This document shows positions 16,216 to 25,275 of a stretch of DNA of 36,295 bases, piece by piece; positions within the stretch are counted from its first letter, which is position 1; every line of letters starts with the position of its first letter. The notes below the pieces were generated by a model that worked only from the letters and a program-made list of their open reading frames with translations, did not search any database and was not told where the DNA came from. The stretch lies in the IMG/VR virus record IMGVR_UViG_3300045988_177189, positions 1-36,295 of that record; one strand, 5' to 3'. The DNA is from a virus. Both the position numbers and the translations under genes were made by a program.

Positions 16216-18182
16216 CAAAAGCATATGTACAGATTGTACCTTCGGCAAACGGCATTAAGGGTTCGTTAGAAAATGCGATGGGAAATGAAGCGGATCAGGC
16301 TGGAGAAAAGGCCGGAAATTCAATCGCATCTAAAATTAAAGGGATAATCGTTGCTGCTGGAATCGGGAAAGTTCTTGCATCGTCATTCACGGAAGGTGCA
16401 GCGCTTGAACAGTCCATAGGTGGTATTGAAACACTTTATAAGGGAAGTGCAGAAAAAATGAAGGCTTATGCCAGTGAGGCGTATAAGACTTCTGGAGTAA
16501 GTGCTAATGCCTACATGGAAAATGTAACGTCATTTTCTGCTTCTTTGATTTCAAGCCTTAAAGGTGACACCGAAAAAGCTGCCGCTGCTGCTGACCGTGC
16601 AATGCGGGATATGTCGGACAATTCCAATAAATTCGGTACAAATATTCAGGATATCCAAAATGCATATCAAGGTTTTGCAAAGCAGAATTATACTATGCTT
16701 GATAACCTGAAATTAGGATATGGTGGAACAAAAGAAGAAATGCAACGTCTGTTGTCTGATGCTCAAAAATTGAGCGGACAAAAATATGATATAAGTAATC
16801 TCGCGGATGTCTACACTGCAATAGGAGTTATCCAAGACAATCTAGGAATCACTGGAACCACTGCTAAGGAGGCTGCAAGTACTTTCAGCGGATCGTTTGC
16901 TTCTATGAAAGCAGCTGCACAGGATTTCTTAGGCAATGTTGCTATTGGCGGTGATGTTACCGGTACTCTGTCAAATCTTCTATCAACTGCATCAACTTTT
17001 TTGTTTGATAATGCAATTCCAATGGCTATTAATATTGTTTCGGGATTTGGAACTGCTCTTGTTGCCGCAGTTCCTCAGCTTGCTCAAAAGGGATATGAAC
17101 TGCTTAGCGGGCTTGTTGATGGATTTGTAAAAAATATACCTGTGGTGCTTCCACGGATTTTACAGTTTGTTCAAAATTTTGGTGTCGGTTTAGCTCAAAA
17201 AGCACCTGAATTTATTAATATGGGCTTTGACCTGTTAAGCCGGCTGGTAAGTGGAATAGTGAGTGCTGTACCTATTTTAATACAGTACGTTCCTACTATA
17301 ATTTCTACTTTTGCAAATATAATCAATGAAAATTTTCCAACTATATTAGCCAAAGGGGCAGAAATATTATGGCAGCTGATTACCGGGCTGTTAAGTGCGA
17401 TTCCTACTTTAGTTGCTAATATACCGCAGATTATACAGGCAATCTGGGATACTTTTATGGCTTTTCAGTGGCTGAATCTAGGTGGGCAGATAATGACATT
17501 TTTAGGCGATGGTATTTCTGCTATGTTTGGATTTTTAGGTGAAAAAGGCCTTGGTGCGGTTCAGAGTATTGTAAATACGATACTTTCTCTTCCTGGTAAG
17601 CTGTTTACATTAGGGAAAAATGCTATTTCTCAAATGGGGAGCGGTATTTCAGGAATGGGATCATGGCTAAAGACAACTGCTGGAAAAATCGTAACATGGG
17701 TAGTAAACGGTGTTAAATCACTTCCATCGAAAATGATAGATGTCGGTAAAAATGTAGTTAAAGGATTATGGGAAGGAATCAAGAACGTTAAAGACTGGAT
17801 ACTAGATAAAATAAGCGGATTCGTTGACGGTATTGTAGGAGGAATAAAGAAATTTTTTGGTATACATTCTCCATCAAGAGTAATGGCCGATGAGGTTGGT
17901 AAGTATCTCCCTAAAGGAATGGCAGTAGGTATCGAAGCAAGTGCTGATGAGGTTTACGATGAAATGGATAAGCTGTCTAGAAATACACTAGATATCGCAG
18001 CTGATGGGTTAGAATTCAGTAACATTGATATGAGTGAAAACAGCGGCGATCTTAGCGGTATGCTTCAGATAATCATTAAACTGTTGAAATTAATCTTAAA
18101 CAAAGAAGATACAACTGTTTTGAATTTCAACAATAGAGAAGTTGCCCGTGCTTTGCGTGAACTGGGGGTTGTTTTTGAATGA
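16194..18182 (+). CDS. tape measure protein
   Basis: 662 aa and Ala/Gly-rich, with long hydrophobic stretches. It follows the chaperone pair. Confidence 0.9.
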   Translation: MASGTELAKAYVQIVPSANGIKGSLENAMGNEADQAGEKAGNSIASKIKGIIVAAGIGKVLASSFTEGAALEQSIGGIETLYKGSAEKMKAYASEAYKTSGVSANAYMENVTSFSASLISSLKGDTEKAAAAADRAMRDMSDNSNKFGTNIQDIQNAYQGFAKQNYTMLDNLKLGYGGTKEEMQRLLSDAQKLSGQKYDISNLADVYTAIGVIQDNLGITGTTAKEAASTFSGSFASMKAAAQDFLGNVAIGGDVTGTLSNLLSTASTFLFDNAIPMAINIVSGFGTALVAAVPQLAQKGYELLSGLVDGFVKNIPVVLPRILQFVQNFGVGLAQKAPEFINMGFDLLSRLVSGIVSAVPILIQYVPTIISTFANIINENFPTILAKGAEILWQLITGLLSAIPTLVANIPQIIQAIWDTFMAFQWLNLGGQIMTFLGDGISAMFGFLGEKGLGAVQSIVNTILSLPGKLFTLGKNAISQMGSGISGMGSWLKTTAGKIVTWVVNGVKSLPSKMIDVGKNVVKGLWEGIKNVKDWILDKISGFVDGIVGGIKKFFGIHSPSRVMADEVGKYLPKGMAVGIEASADEVYDEMDKLSRNTLDIAADGLEFSNIDMSENSGDLSGMLQIIIKLLKLILNKEDTTVLNFNNREVARALRELGVVFE

Positions 18183-18994
18183 CGGTAAAATATATAAATT
18201 CAAAAAATGAGATACTGGAGTTTATTGGTGCCGATATACTTCCAACAAGCGGTTATTTGCATCAGAGAAAATGGAATACAAACAAGGAAAATGATATTAC
18301 AGTTATTGATAAGGGTGACTGTACTTATACTATAACCCTTACATTGAAAGGCAGTTTGGAACAGAGAAAAAACATGCTTAATAAAATATGCGATATATTT
18401 GAGTATGATTGTATAGTTAAGACACCAGGAACGCTTCATTACGGGGATTATAAAATAAAATGCTATGTAATATCTTCTAATACAAGTGTTGCGGGTATTC
18501 AGACAAGAACAAATATTGAATTAGGAATATACTGTCCAAAACAGCACTGGATTAAAGAAAAAACATATAATCTGGTAATGTACAGTGATTCGAAGAATGA
18601 CACAGGTATAAAGCAGTACAGCTATTGTTATCCGTATGTATATTCATCTTTAAAAGGTGCAGTTCAAATAATCAATGATTCCCCGGCAGACAGTGATTTT
18701 ATCATAAGAGTTTACGGGCCATGCAGTAATCCGTTTATTAAAATAGGAGAAATACTTTATCAGGTAAATACTACATTAAGTGCTGGTGAGTACATGGAAA
18801 TAAACTCAGAGGAAAATACAATATATGCCTTTTCAGATTATGGTGAAAAAAGGAATCTTTTTAATTTCAGAGATAAATCGCGAGGCGATTTTTTTACAAA
18901 AATTCCATCCGGTCTTAGTATCGCAACATGGAATGGAACATTTAAAGCTGAAATAGTTATATTTGATAAGCGTGGTGAACCAAGATGGATATAA
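18179..18994 (+). CDS. distal tail protein (Dit-like)
   Basis: First gene after the tape measure, 271 aa. Confidence 0.65.
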   Translation: MTVKYINSKNEILEFIGADILPTSGYLHQRKWNTNKENDITVIDKGDCTYTITLTLKGSLEQRKNMLNKICDIFEYDCIVKTPGTLHYGDYKIKCYVISSNTSVAGIQTRTNIELGIYCPKQHWIKEKTYNLVMYSDSKNDTGIKQYSYCYPYVYSSLKGAVQIINDSPADSDFIIRVYGPCSNPFIKIGEILYQVNTTLSAGEYMEINSEENTIYAFSDYGEKRNLFNFRDKSRGDFFTKIPSGLSIATWNGTFKAEIVIFDKRGEPRWI

Positions 18995-19989
18995 TGAAAT
19001 TTATATATACGGATTCCAACTATACGGAGCTCGGTGTTTTAAAAAATACGTCTATTGATTTTGAAGTTGGAAAATTCAAAACTGCGACTAATGATTATTC
19101 TTTAGAAATTTCGATAAATGCATGGGATAAAGCATTTAATAAAGGTTCTATATTTTACTCATCGGAAAGTGAATTCGGTGGAATTATTGACAGTAAAAAG
19201 GTCGATACATCAAAAAATGTAATTGTCTTTACTGGAAAAACATTTAGAGGAATGTTGGAAAAAGAGTACATACAGCCCCCGGAAGGTCAGGCGTATTTTG
19301 TAGCAAAAGGCGAGGCCAACAGTGTGATAAATGAGCTTATTGGAGACAACTTCGATAGTCTTTTTACTGTAGATAATGTTGGCTTAAGTGATATAAATGT
19401 TAATTATCAAATTAGAGATCTGAATCTTTTAGATGCGCTTGAAAAAATGCTTTATAAAGCAGATATTCCATCAAGACTTGATATTGTGTTTCATGATGGA
19501 AAAGTGCATATTCAGGCTATTCCAATTGTTGATTTATCTGAACTGCTTCAATATGATAAATCGTATGGTATAACAATGATCGCACAGACTCCTGAAAGCA
19601 GTTATAACCATATCATCGCTTTAGGAAAAGGTGAATTGACAGAGCGGTTAAGGGTTAATCTGTACCTTCAAAGTGATAAAACGTGGTCATCATCAAAAAA
19701 TGATGATTATAAAGGGCTTTGCAGAAAAACATATCTGTATGACAATTCGAGTGAAGATGATGAAACTTCACTTATTGAAGGGGCTGTAGAGGCAGTGGAA
19801 AAAGAAAATGGAAGCAGTACCGTTCAAGCTGTATTTTCAAGCGATGATGCTTCATTGTTTGATATTGTAGGTGCAAAAGAGGAAATTACAGAGCTTTCAT
19901 TTAAAGAACAGATTACTAAAAAAATACTAAAAGTAACTGTTAATGATATTGCAGCAAACTGTAAATTTGAATACAAGGTGGGTGAATAA
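18985..19989 (+). CDS. tail-associated / baseplate protein (Tal-like, short)
   Basis: Second gene after the tape measure, 334 aa. Confidence 0.55.
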   Translation: MDIMKFIYTDSNYTELGVLKNTSIDFEVGKFKTATNDYSLEISINAWDKAFNKGSIFYSSESEFGGIIDSKKVDTSKNVIVFTGKTFRGMLEKEYIQPPEGQAYFVAKGEANSVINELIGDNFDSLFTVDNVGLSDINVNYQIRDLNLLDALEKMLYKADIPSRLDIVFHDGKVHIQAIPIVDLSELLQYDKSYGITMIAQTPESSYNHIIALGKGELTERLRVNLYLQSDKTWSSSKNDDYKGLCRKTYLYDNSSEDDETSLIEGAVEAVEKENGSSTVQAVFSSDDASLFDIVGAKEEITELSFKEQITKKILKVTVNDIAANCKFEYKVGE

Positions 19990-20556
19990 ATGTTAGAAAG
20001 TATAACACTGAACGGATTTAATGTTCAGGCTTCGGTAGATGCTTATCTTCATCACTGCTGGTTTGGCTATGAAGGAGTATTTAAATATGGAGAAGAAATA
20101 AGATGCGAAACTGTAAGCAACAACATTTTAAAGTTGTACGATGGACTTTTTGTCAATCAGGGCAGATTTTATCGTATTGTTCCCGGATCATATGAAGAAG
20201 TAAACATTTCAAACGGTATAGTTGGTCAAAAAAGATATGATCTGATAGTTTCACATTTTGAGACTAATGGAGTAACAGAAACACATGATATTAGAGTTTT
20301 AAAAGGCGGAAATGATGGGAAAATACCCGAACATACTGTGAGTGATACATTTAACGGTGGAACGGTGAATGAATTTCCTCTTTATCTGGTTGAAATTGAT
20401 GGAATAAACATTACTAAAGTAACCAGGCAGTTTAAGTATATTATTTCATTTCATGAAGCTTTAGAAGCTATAATTAACCTTTTTAATGCAGCGGTATATA
20501 CCGGCGATATAAATATTAAAGATTTAATTAGAAAATTAGATGTAAACAGAGAATAA
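19990..20556 (+). CDS. tail/baseplate structural protein (188 aa)
   Basis: Call rests on position. SD is AGGTGGGTG. Confidence 0.5.
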   Translation: MLESITLNGFNVQASVDAYLHHCWFGYEGVFKYGEEIRCETVSNNILKLYDGLFVNQGRFYRIVPGSYEEVNISNGIVGQKRYDLIVSHFETNGVTETHDIRVLKGGNDGKIPEHTVSDTFNGGTVNEFPLYLVEIDGINITKVTRQFKYIISFHEALEAIINLFNAAVYTGDINIKDLIRKLDVNRE

Positions 20557-20572
20557 AGAAAGGAAAATTTAA

Positions 20573-21484
20573 ATGAGTTTAAAAACAGTACAGGTAATTA
20601 TTAACGGTGTCTCAATGACATTGAATTTAAACAGCCAGACTGGTAAATATGAAGCGACCGTAACAGCGCCGAATACTTCCAGTTTTAATCAACCAAACGG
20701 GTATTACAATGTAACAGTAAAAGCTACTGATAATGCAAATAATATTACTACAGTAGATGCTGATGATCCGACTTTGGGAACAAAACTTCGTCTGGTGGTT
20801 AAGGAAAGAACTGCACCTGTAATTACTCCAATCTATCCTAGTGCTAGTGCTACATTAATAAACAACAAGCCTACGATAACATGGAAAGTTACTGATGCAG
20901 ACAGTGGGGTTAATCCGGATTCCATTAGTATTATTATTGACAGCGGTTCTAAGATTACATCCGGAATAACTAAAAATAAAGTAAGCGGCGGCTATGAGTG
21001 CTCTTATACTCCAGGAACTGCCTTAAATGATGGAAGTCATACAATTAAATTTGATGCGAGTGATAACGACGGCAATGCAGCAGTTCAAAAATCTGTATCG
21101 TTCAAGGTTGATACAGTACCGCCTACATTAAATATTGCAAGCCCTGCTGCGGGATTAATTACAAACAATCCTAAAGTGACATTAAGCGGTACTACAAATG
21201 ATGCTACATCAAGTCCGGTAACAGTAATGGTCAAATTGAATTCTGGAAGCGCTGCAAACGTTACTGTAGAAAGCAATGGTTCTTTTACTAAGGAATTAAC
21301 ATTGGCCGAAGGTACAAATACTATTGTTATTACCGCACGCGACAGTGCCGGCAAAGAAACAGTCATTTCAAGAACAGTTACCCTTGATACCAAAGCACCC
21401 GTAATTACTGATGTAGTAATTACTCCTAACCCTGTTGACGGCGGTAAGACATTTACCATCACTGTAACGGTTACAGATGCTTAA
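20573..21484 (+). CDS. tail fibre / decoration protein with tandem Ig-like domains
   Basis: Three ~90-aa beta-rich repeats bounded by (A/P)PVIT / VPPTL / KAPVIT linkers, Thr/Ser/Asn-rich. Confidence 0.7.
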   Translation: MSLKTVQVIINGVSMTLNLNSQTGKYEATVTAPNTSSFNQPNGYYNVTVKATDNANNITTVDADDPTLGTKLRLVVKERTAPVITPIYPSASATLINNKPTITWKVTDADSGVNPDSISIIIDSGSKITSGITKNKVSGGYECSYTPGTALNDGSHTIKFDASDNDGNAAVQKSVSFKVDTVPPTLNIASPAAGLITNNPKVTLSGTTNDATSSPVTVMVKLNSGSAANVTVESNGSFTKELTLAEGTNTIVITARDSAGKETVISRTVTLDTKAPVITDVVITPNPVDGGKTFTITVTVTDA

Positions 21485-21486
21485 AT

Positions 21487-21780
21487 ATGGCTGTAGAAAG
21501 AGTAATTGGAAAAACAGACAGTTTTGAAGTGATTTTTGACAGATTGAATGATAATAGCTGGACGGTCAATGTGCCGTCCAATATTATCGGTGAATATGTA
21601 ATGGATCTGTATGCATATGATGAAGCTGGAAATCTTGGATTTTTAGCAACTGCGATGTTTACGGTTGATACATCAAATCTGTGCTTTCATCTTTCAATCA
21701 TCAAATACCGCTCTGAAATCTGTTTTGAAAGTGACTATATATGCACAGTCAAGGAGGTACTTCCATGTGTGATGAAATAG
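21487..21780 (+). CDS. hypothetical tail-region protein (97 aa)
   Basis: ORF track entry, start coupled to the preceding stop. Confidence 0.5.
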   Translation: MAVERVIGKTDSFEVIFDRLNDNSWTVNVPSNIIGEYVMDLYAYDEAGNLGFLATAMFTVDTSNLCFHLSIIKYRSEICFESDYICTVKEVLPCVMK

Positions 21781-22034
21781 CTATGCTGAAAGGCGAAAAA
21801 AGAAAAATAAGACTGTATGTGCACAGCAGAAAAAATGATGTCTTTGTAATAAGAAATGCATATATAGAGATATTGCAATATGGTGAATTAATAAAGGCGA
21901 TAGAATGTACGATTGATGAACATGATCTTACATTTATGCTTGCACTTGATGAAGCAGGAAGCTACAGCATGAGAGCAGTATATGAAATTGCTGATGAAAT
22001 AATTAAAAATAAATTTAAAATTGAGGTGAGGTAA
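21765..22034 (+). CDS. hypothetical tail-region protein (89 aa)
   Basis: ATG 21765 lies after AAGGAGG. This is the internal start of track ORF 21741..22034. Confidence 0.5.
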   Translation: MCDEIAMLKGEKRKIRLYVHSRKNDVFVIRNAYIEILQYGELIKAIECTIDEHDLTFMLALDEAGSYSMRAVYEIADEIIKNKFKIEVR

Positions 22035-22202
22035 ATGGCAAAGTACCGTATATATGATGTAACACTTTCTAAAAAAACTGTCGGTCCTGGCGAAAGATTA
22101 GTTGTTCAGGTTGATATAATCACATGGGACTGGATTAAGAAAAATTTAACCTGGGGAAGTCTTAAGGAACGTTTCAAATGGGGTGATCTGATTGGCAGTT
22201 AG
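22035..22202 (+). CDS. hypothetical protein (55 aa)
   Basis: Hand translation gives MAKYRIYDVTLSKKTVGPGERLVVQVDIITWDWIKKNLTWGSLKERFKWGDLIGS, with GAGGTGAGG upstream. Confidence 0.4.
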   Translation: MAKYRIYDVTLSKKTVGPGERLVVQVDIITWDWIKKNLTWGSLKERFKWGDLIGS

Positions 22203-22371
22203 CATCCCTACAAAGATTACAGTTCCGCCTGACCTGAATATGAGCGACCCAGGCGATATCGCAAAAGTATGGAGTGAAATTCAAATTACAATACAGTATA
22301 TTAATAAGCTTATCGATGTGCTTAATGATCATAAAGAAACACTTGGATTAGCGGTATACTATGAGGAATAG
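22192..22371 (+). CDS. hypothetical protein (59 aa, TTG start)
   Basis: TTG 22192 lies 6 nt after GGGGTG. The in-frame ATG 22240 has no SD. The product ends ...IQYINKLIDVLNDHKETLGLAVYYEE. Confidence 0.35.
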   Translation: MAVSIPTKITVPPDLNMSDPGDIAKVWSEIQITIQYINKLIDVLNDHKETLGLAVYYEE

Positions 22372-22382
22372 GAGAAAATTTG

Positions 22383-22569
<187 letters not shown>

Positions 22570-22577
<8 letters not shown>

Positions 22578-22905
22578 ACTAATTGATAAAAATGGTAATG
22601 AGTTGTTTAAAGATGCTTTGCTATGGAGCGGAAGTCGTAACGGATATGAACATGCTGTCACTTTGAAAGAGGACGCGTTAAAATTTAAAGAATTAATTGT
22701 TGTATTGAATGATAAAGCGGTTATAATGCCGGTTTCTGATGGGAAAATAATGAGTAGTGGTGTTCCAATCGATTATAGAGTTATTGCATGCAATTTTACT
22801 TCATATATTCAAGAAACTAAATATTTGACGATTATGACTGCATTATGGAGCGGTGCTAGTGTAAATAGTACAACAACTTTAACAGCTGTTTATGGAAGGT
22901 ATTAA
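22570..22905 (+). CDS. cassette 1: small tail-tip/receptor-binding-like paralog (111 aa)
   Basis: Starts MPKLIDKNGNELF. It has no canonical SD. Member of the 5-gene family sharing the N-terminus M-x-K/R-F/L-x(3-4)-G-x(2)-I/L/V-L/F. Confidence 0.6.
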
Positions 22906-22928
22906 ACTAAAACAGTCTAAATGCCTTT

Positions 22929-23282
22929 ATGGGCAAACTTAAAGATTCGAGTGGTAAAAAAATTTTGTTGGGAACTGTTTTATTTGACGGTGATACAACA
23001 AGCAGTTTTACTTTAAAAGATGATTACACCAATTATGACTATTTAGAAGTTATATGGCGTCCGCATTCTACTCTGGGGCAGTGTTCGGATATGATGATTC
23101 CATCTAAAGACAGTAAGATGCATTTGGAACGTGCACAGGCTATAAATGGTGTTACTACTGTTTATCGGTGTCAGCTGGCTTTTAGTGGAAAAAATGTATC
23201 ACTTTCTGGCCGTACTCAGGTTATTAATGGAAATGCAGTTGATGCAGTGGAAGAACATATTTTGAGAGTAATCGGATATTAA
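22929..23282 (+). CDS. cassette 2: small tail-tip/receptor-binding-like paralog (117 aa)
   Basis: Starts MGKLKDSSGKKILL. No SD. Begins 23 nt after the cassette 1 stop. Confidence 0.6.
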   Translation: MGKLKDSSGKKILLGTVLFDGDTTSSFTLKDDYTNYDYLEVIWRPHSTLGQCSDMMIPSKDSKMHLERAQAINGVTTVYRCQLAFSGKNVSLSGRTQVINGNAVDAVEEHILRVIGY

Positions 23283-23288
23283 TATCAG

Positions 23289-23306
23289 GGCACTTAAAAG
23301 TACCTC
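23289..23306. repeat. inverted copy of the 22495-22512 hairpin motif
   Basis: GGCACTTAAAAGTACCTC is the reverse complement of GAGGTACTT..AAGTGCC seen at 22494-22512. The two arm mismatches are swapped, as expected for an inverted copy. Confidence 0.6.
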
Positions 23307-23328
23307 TCCAAGAAAAGAAAGAGAGGTA
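23301..23328 (+). promoter_or_regulatory. hairpin sequestering the SD of leader ORF 2
   Basis: TACCTCTC (23301-23308) pairs with GAGAGGTA (23321-23328). The 3' arm is the SD for ATG 23335. Confidence 0.5.
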
Positions 23329-23334
23329 AAAAAT

Positions 23335-23379
23335 ATGATTAATTCAATGAAATTTGCGGGGGGGGGTACTATTTACTAA
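23335..23379 (+). CDS. leader ORF 2 (14 codons in the G9 state) containing the poly-G tract
   Basis: AGAGAGGT lies 7 nt upstream of the ATG. The product is MINSMKFAGGGTIY*. With G10 the frame stays open to TAA 23475-23477, inside ATGCCTAA of cassette 3. Confidence 0.35.
   Translation: MINSMKFAGGGTIY
23358..23366. repeat. G9 homopolymer tract
   Basis: Nine consecutive G in an AT-rich genome, read directly. Confidence 0.98.
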
Positions 23380-23469
23380 CAAGAAAAATAGTATCCAGTC
23401 TTCGGATTATATCTCTAAAAAGGGAGGTGCAGCATAACAGCTGTATCTCTATGATTAGAGGTGCAGATC

Positions 23470-23835
23470 ATGCCTAAGTTTGTTAATAAAGATGAAAATA
23501 TCATATTAAATTTAAATTACAGCAGTGAAGAAAGTTTTACCGGTATGTACTGGATAGACGGGAAGAAAATTTATAGAAAATATATTAATTTTAACATATC
23601 TTCATCGTCTTATGATTATACACATAATCTAAACGTTGCCGAGTATGTAAAATTTGATTTAAAGTGCACTTTTAGCGATGGTACGATTGTTTCACTGCCA
23701 TATGTATTTTTTGAATCTGAGAACAAATGGACCAACTGTCTTTTAATTACATCATTAAAGGCAAATTATATAAGATTTTATAATGCGTGGGCTACAGGCC
23801 GTATTTACGGTATTATCGAATACACTAAGAATTAA
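23470..23835 (+). CDS. cassette 3: small tail-tip/receptor-binding-like paralog (121 aa)
   Basis: Starts MPKFVNKDENIILNL. Contains YWIDGKKIYRKY and ends IIEYTKN, a pattern I recall from C-terminal tip domains of phage fibres (not searched). SD AGAGGTG lies 6 nt upstream. Confidence 0.65.
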   Translation: MPKFVNKDENIILNLNYSSEESFTGMYWIDGKKIYRKYINFNISSSSYDYTHNLNVAEYVKFDLKCTFSDGTIVSLPYVFFESENKWTNCLLITSLKANYIRFYNAWATGRIYGIIEYTKN

Positions 23836-23872
23836 ATTTAATTAGCATGATCAAAAAGCTGTTTGCTTGGTT

Positions 23873-24181
23873 ATGGGCAAATTTAAAAATCAAAACGGCG
23901 AAGTAATATTAAATCTAGATAATTATATTATCGGTCAAGCAAATCTAACATATGAAAGTTCTGATACATTAACTAAAGTTGTTGGCTTTAGTAAAGAAGT
24001 TGAACAAGTTATTTTTAGTATTGTTGGGAACGCTTCTAATCCTCGAGATCAGGTGCATAGGGCTTATGCACAGATTGGGTGGAATGACAGCAAAAAGAAT
24101 GTAAACTTTATTGTAAAAGGAAGTGGATTTGTAAACGGACATGTCTTACCGATTAGTTATTTAGTAAAATTAAAAGACTAG
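23873..24181 (+). CDS. cassette 4: small tail-tip/receptor-binding-like paralog (102 aa)
   Basis: Starts MGKFKNQNGEVILNL. No SD. Confidence 0.6.
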   Translation: MGKFKNQNGEVILNLDNYIIGQANLTYESSDTLTKVVGFSKEVEQVIFSIVGNASNPRDQVHRAYAQIGWNDSKKNVNFIVKGSGFVNGHVLPISYLVKLKD

Positions 24182-24207
24182 GATATTTTGTTAGAAATAG
24201 TAAATTT

Positions 24208-24510
24208 ATGGCACGATTCTTAAATTCTAAAGGAGATGCAGTATTTAATTTCATAAGGGACAGTAAAGTAATTAATATAAATTATTCTAATCGTGGAACA
24301 CTTTTTACTTTAGCAGAGTTAAAAGCGTTGTTTAATCTTACAGCGATTGATCCAACAAAACTGATATGTGTTGTTTCTAATGGTGATGGCAGTGCAACAG
24401 ACACACCTGTGATTGGTACGATATGGCACGATAACGCGCTTAAAGTTAATTTAGGAGCAACGTATACTGGCAGTATAAGAATAAACTACATACTGTTCCT
24501 TAATCCCTAG
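24208..24510 (+). CDS. cassette 5: small tail-tip/receptor-binding-like paralog (100 aa)
   Basis: Starts MARFLNSKGDAVFNF. No SD. Confidence 0.6.
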   Translation: MARFLNSKGDAVFNFIRDSKVININYSNRGTLFTLAELKALFNLTAIDPTKLICVVSNGDGSATDTPVIGTIWHDNALKVNLGATYTGSIRINYILFLNP

Positions 24511-24525
24511 TAAATTAAAATTATT

Positions 24526-24550
24526 AAAGGCATAGAAATATGTCTTTTTA
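24526..24550 (+). terminator. terminator closing the cassette array
   Basis: Stem AAAGGCATA / TATGTCTTT (one G-U pair), loop GAAA, followed by a T-run. Confidence 0.6.
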
Positions 24551-24597
24551 TATTGCCTCGGGATGGCATGAAAATTCGTCCAGAAAGAAGGTAAAAT

Positions 24598-24864
24598 ATG
24601 GATTTAGGTTTTATTTCAAATTATTTTGTTCCGGTCGTAATGGCCGGATGTCTAGCAACCGGATATGTTGTAAAAAAATGGGTAAAAGATGTTGATAATA
24701 AATGGATTCCTACAGTTGTGTTTTTTGAGGGTGCTGCATTAAACTGCATTGTATCCGGAAATGTAACAGTAGAAACAGTTGTAGCCGGTACAGTATGCGG
24801 TTTAGCTAGTACCGGATTGCATCAGGCTTTTACTCGAATTATTGAAAATAAAAAAGAGGAGTAA
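24598..24864 (+). CDS. holin
   Basis: 88 aa with two or three hydrophobic segments and a charged C-terminus (ENKKEE). Lies upstream of the endolysin. Confidence 0.75.
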   Translation: MDLGFISNYFVPVVMAGCLATGYVVKKWVKDVDNKWIPTVVFFEGAALNCIVSGNVTVETVVAGTVCGLASTGLHQAFTRIIENKKEE

Positions 24865-24873
24865 CAGATCCTG

Positions 24874-25237
24874 ATGCAAGAATTTTTAATGAGTACATGG
24901 TCTATTGTCTTAACTGCTGCAGTTGGTTATCTTGTAACTAATTCCAGAGACAGTAAGAAAAGTCGAAAAAAACTCGAAGAAAAAAGAGAGCAGGAGAAAT
25001 TAGACCAGGCTAAAAGACAAATTGTTATGGAAGAGGCGCTATGTGCAATGTTACATGAACGTATCGTTCGTTTTTTGCGAGAGACTGCTGATAATCGGTT
25101 ATGTTACTGCTGATGATCTAAAGGAACTGGATTACCTTTATAACCCCTACAGGGCTTTAGACGGTAATGGAACAGCAGAAAGATTATATAACAAAGTGCA
25201 GCAGCTTCCATTGAGAGTAGAAAACGGAGCGGAATGA
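24874..25237 (+). pseudogene. lysis-cassette membrane protein split by a frameshift at a T6 run (or decoded by +1 slippage)
   Basis: ORFs 24874..25113 and 25022..25237 are adjacent frames of one protein. Removing one T at 25071-25076 gives ...HERIVRFCERLLIIGYVTADDLKELDYLYNPYRALDGNGTAERLYNKVQQLPL. Confidence 0.6.
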
Positions 25238-25250
25238 TTCCGCTCTTTTA
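25227..25250 (+). terminator. terminator-like hairpin between the holin block and the endolysin
   Basis: GAGCGGAA-TGA-TTCCGCTC followed by TTTT. It overlaps the stop codon. Confidence 0.5.
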
Positions 25251-25275
25251 AATTAAATTCAGGAGGAAAAACAAA

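Noticed and set aside
16936-17130. 64-aa alternative-frame ORF inside the tape measure gene
   Set aside because: It is embedded in a long, clearly coding frame. It has no SD and encodes a Leu-rich nonsense-like sequence.
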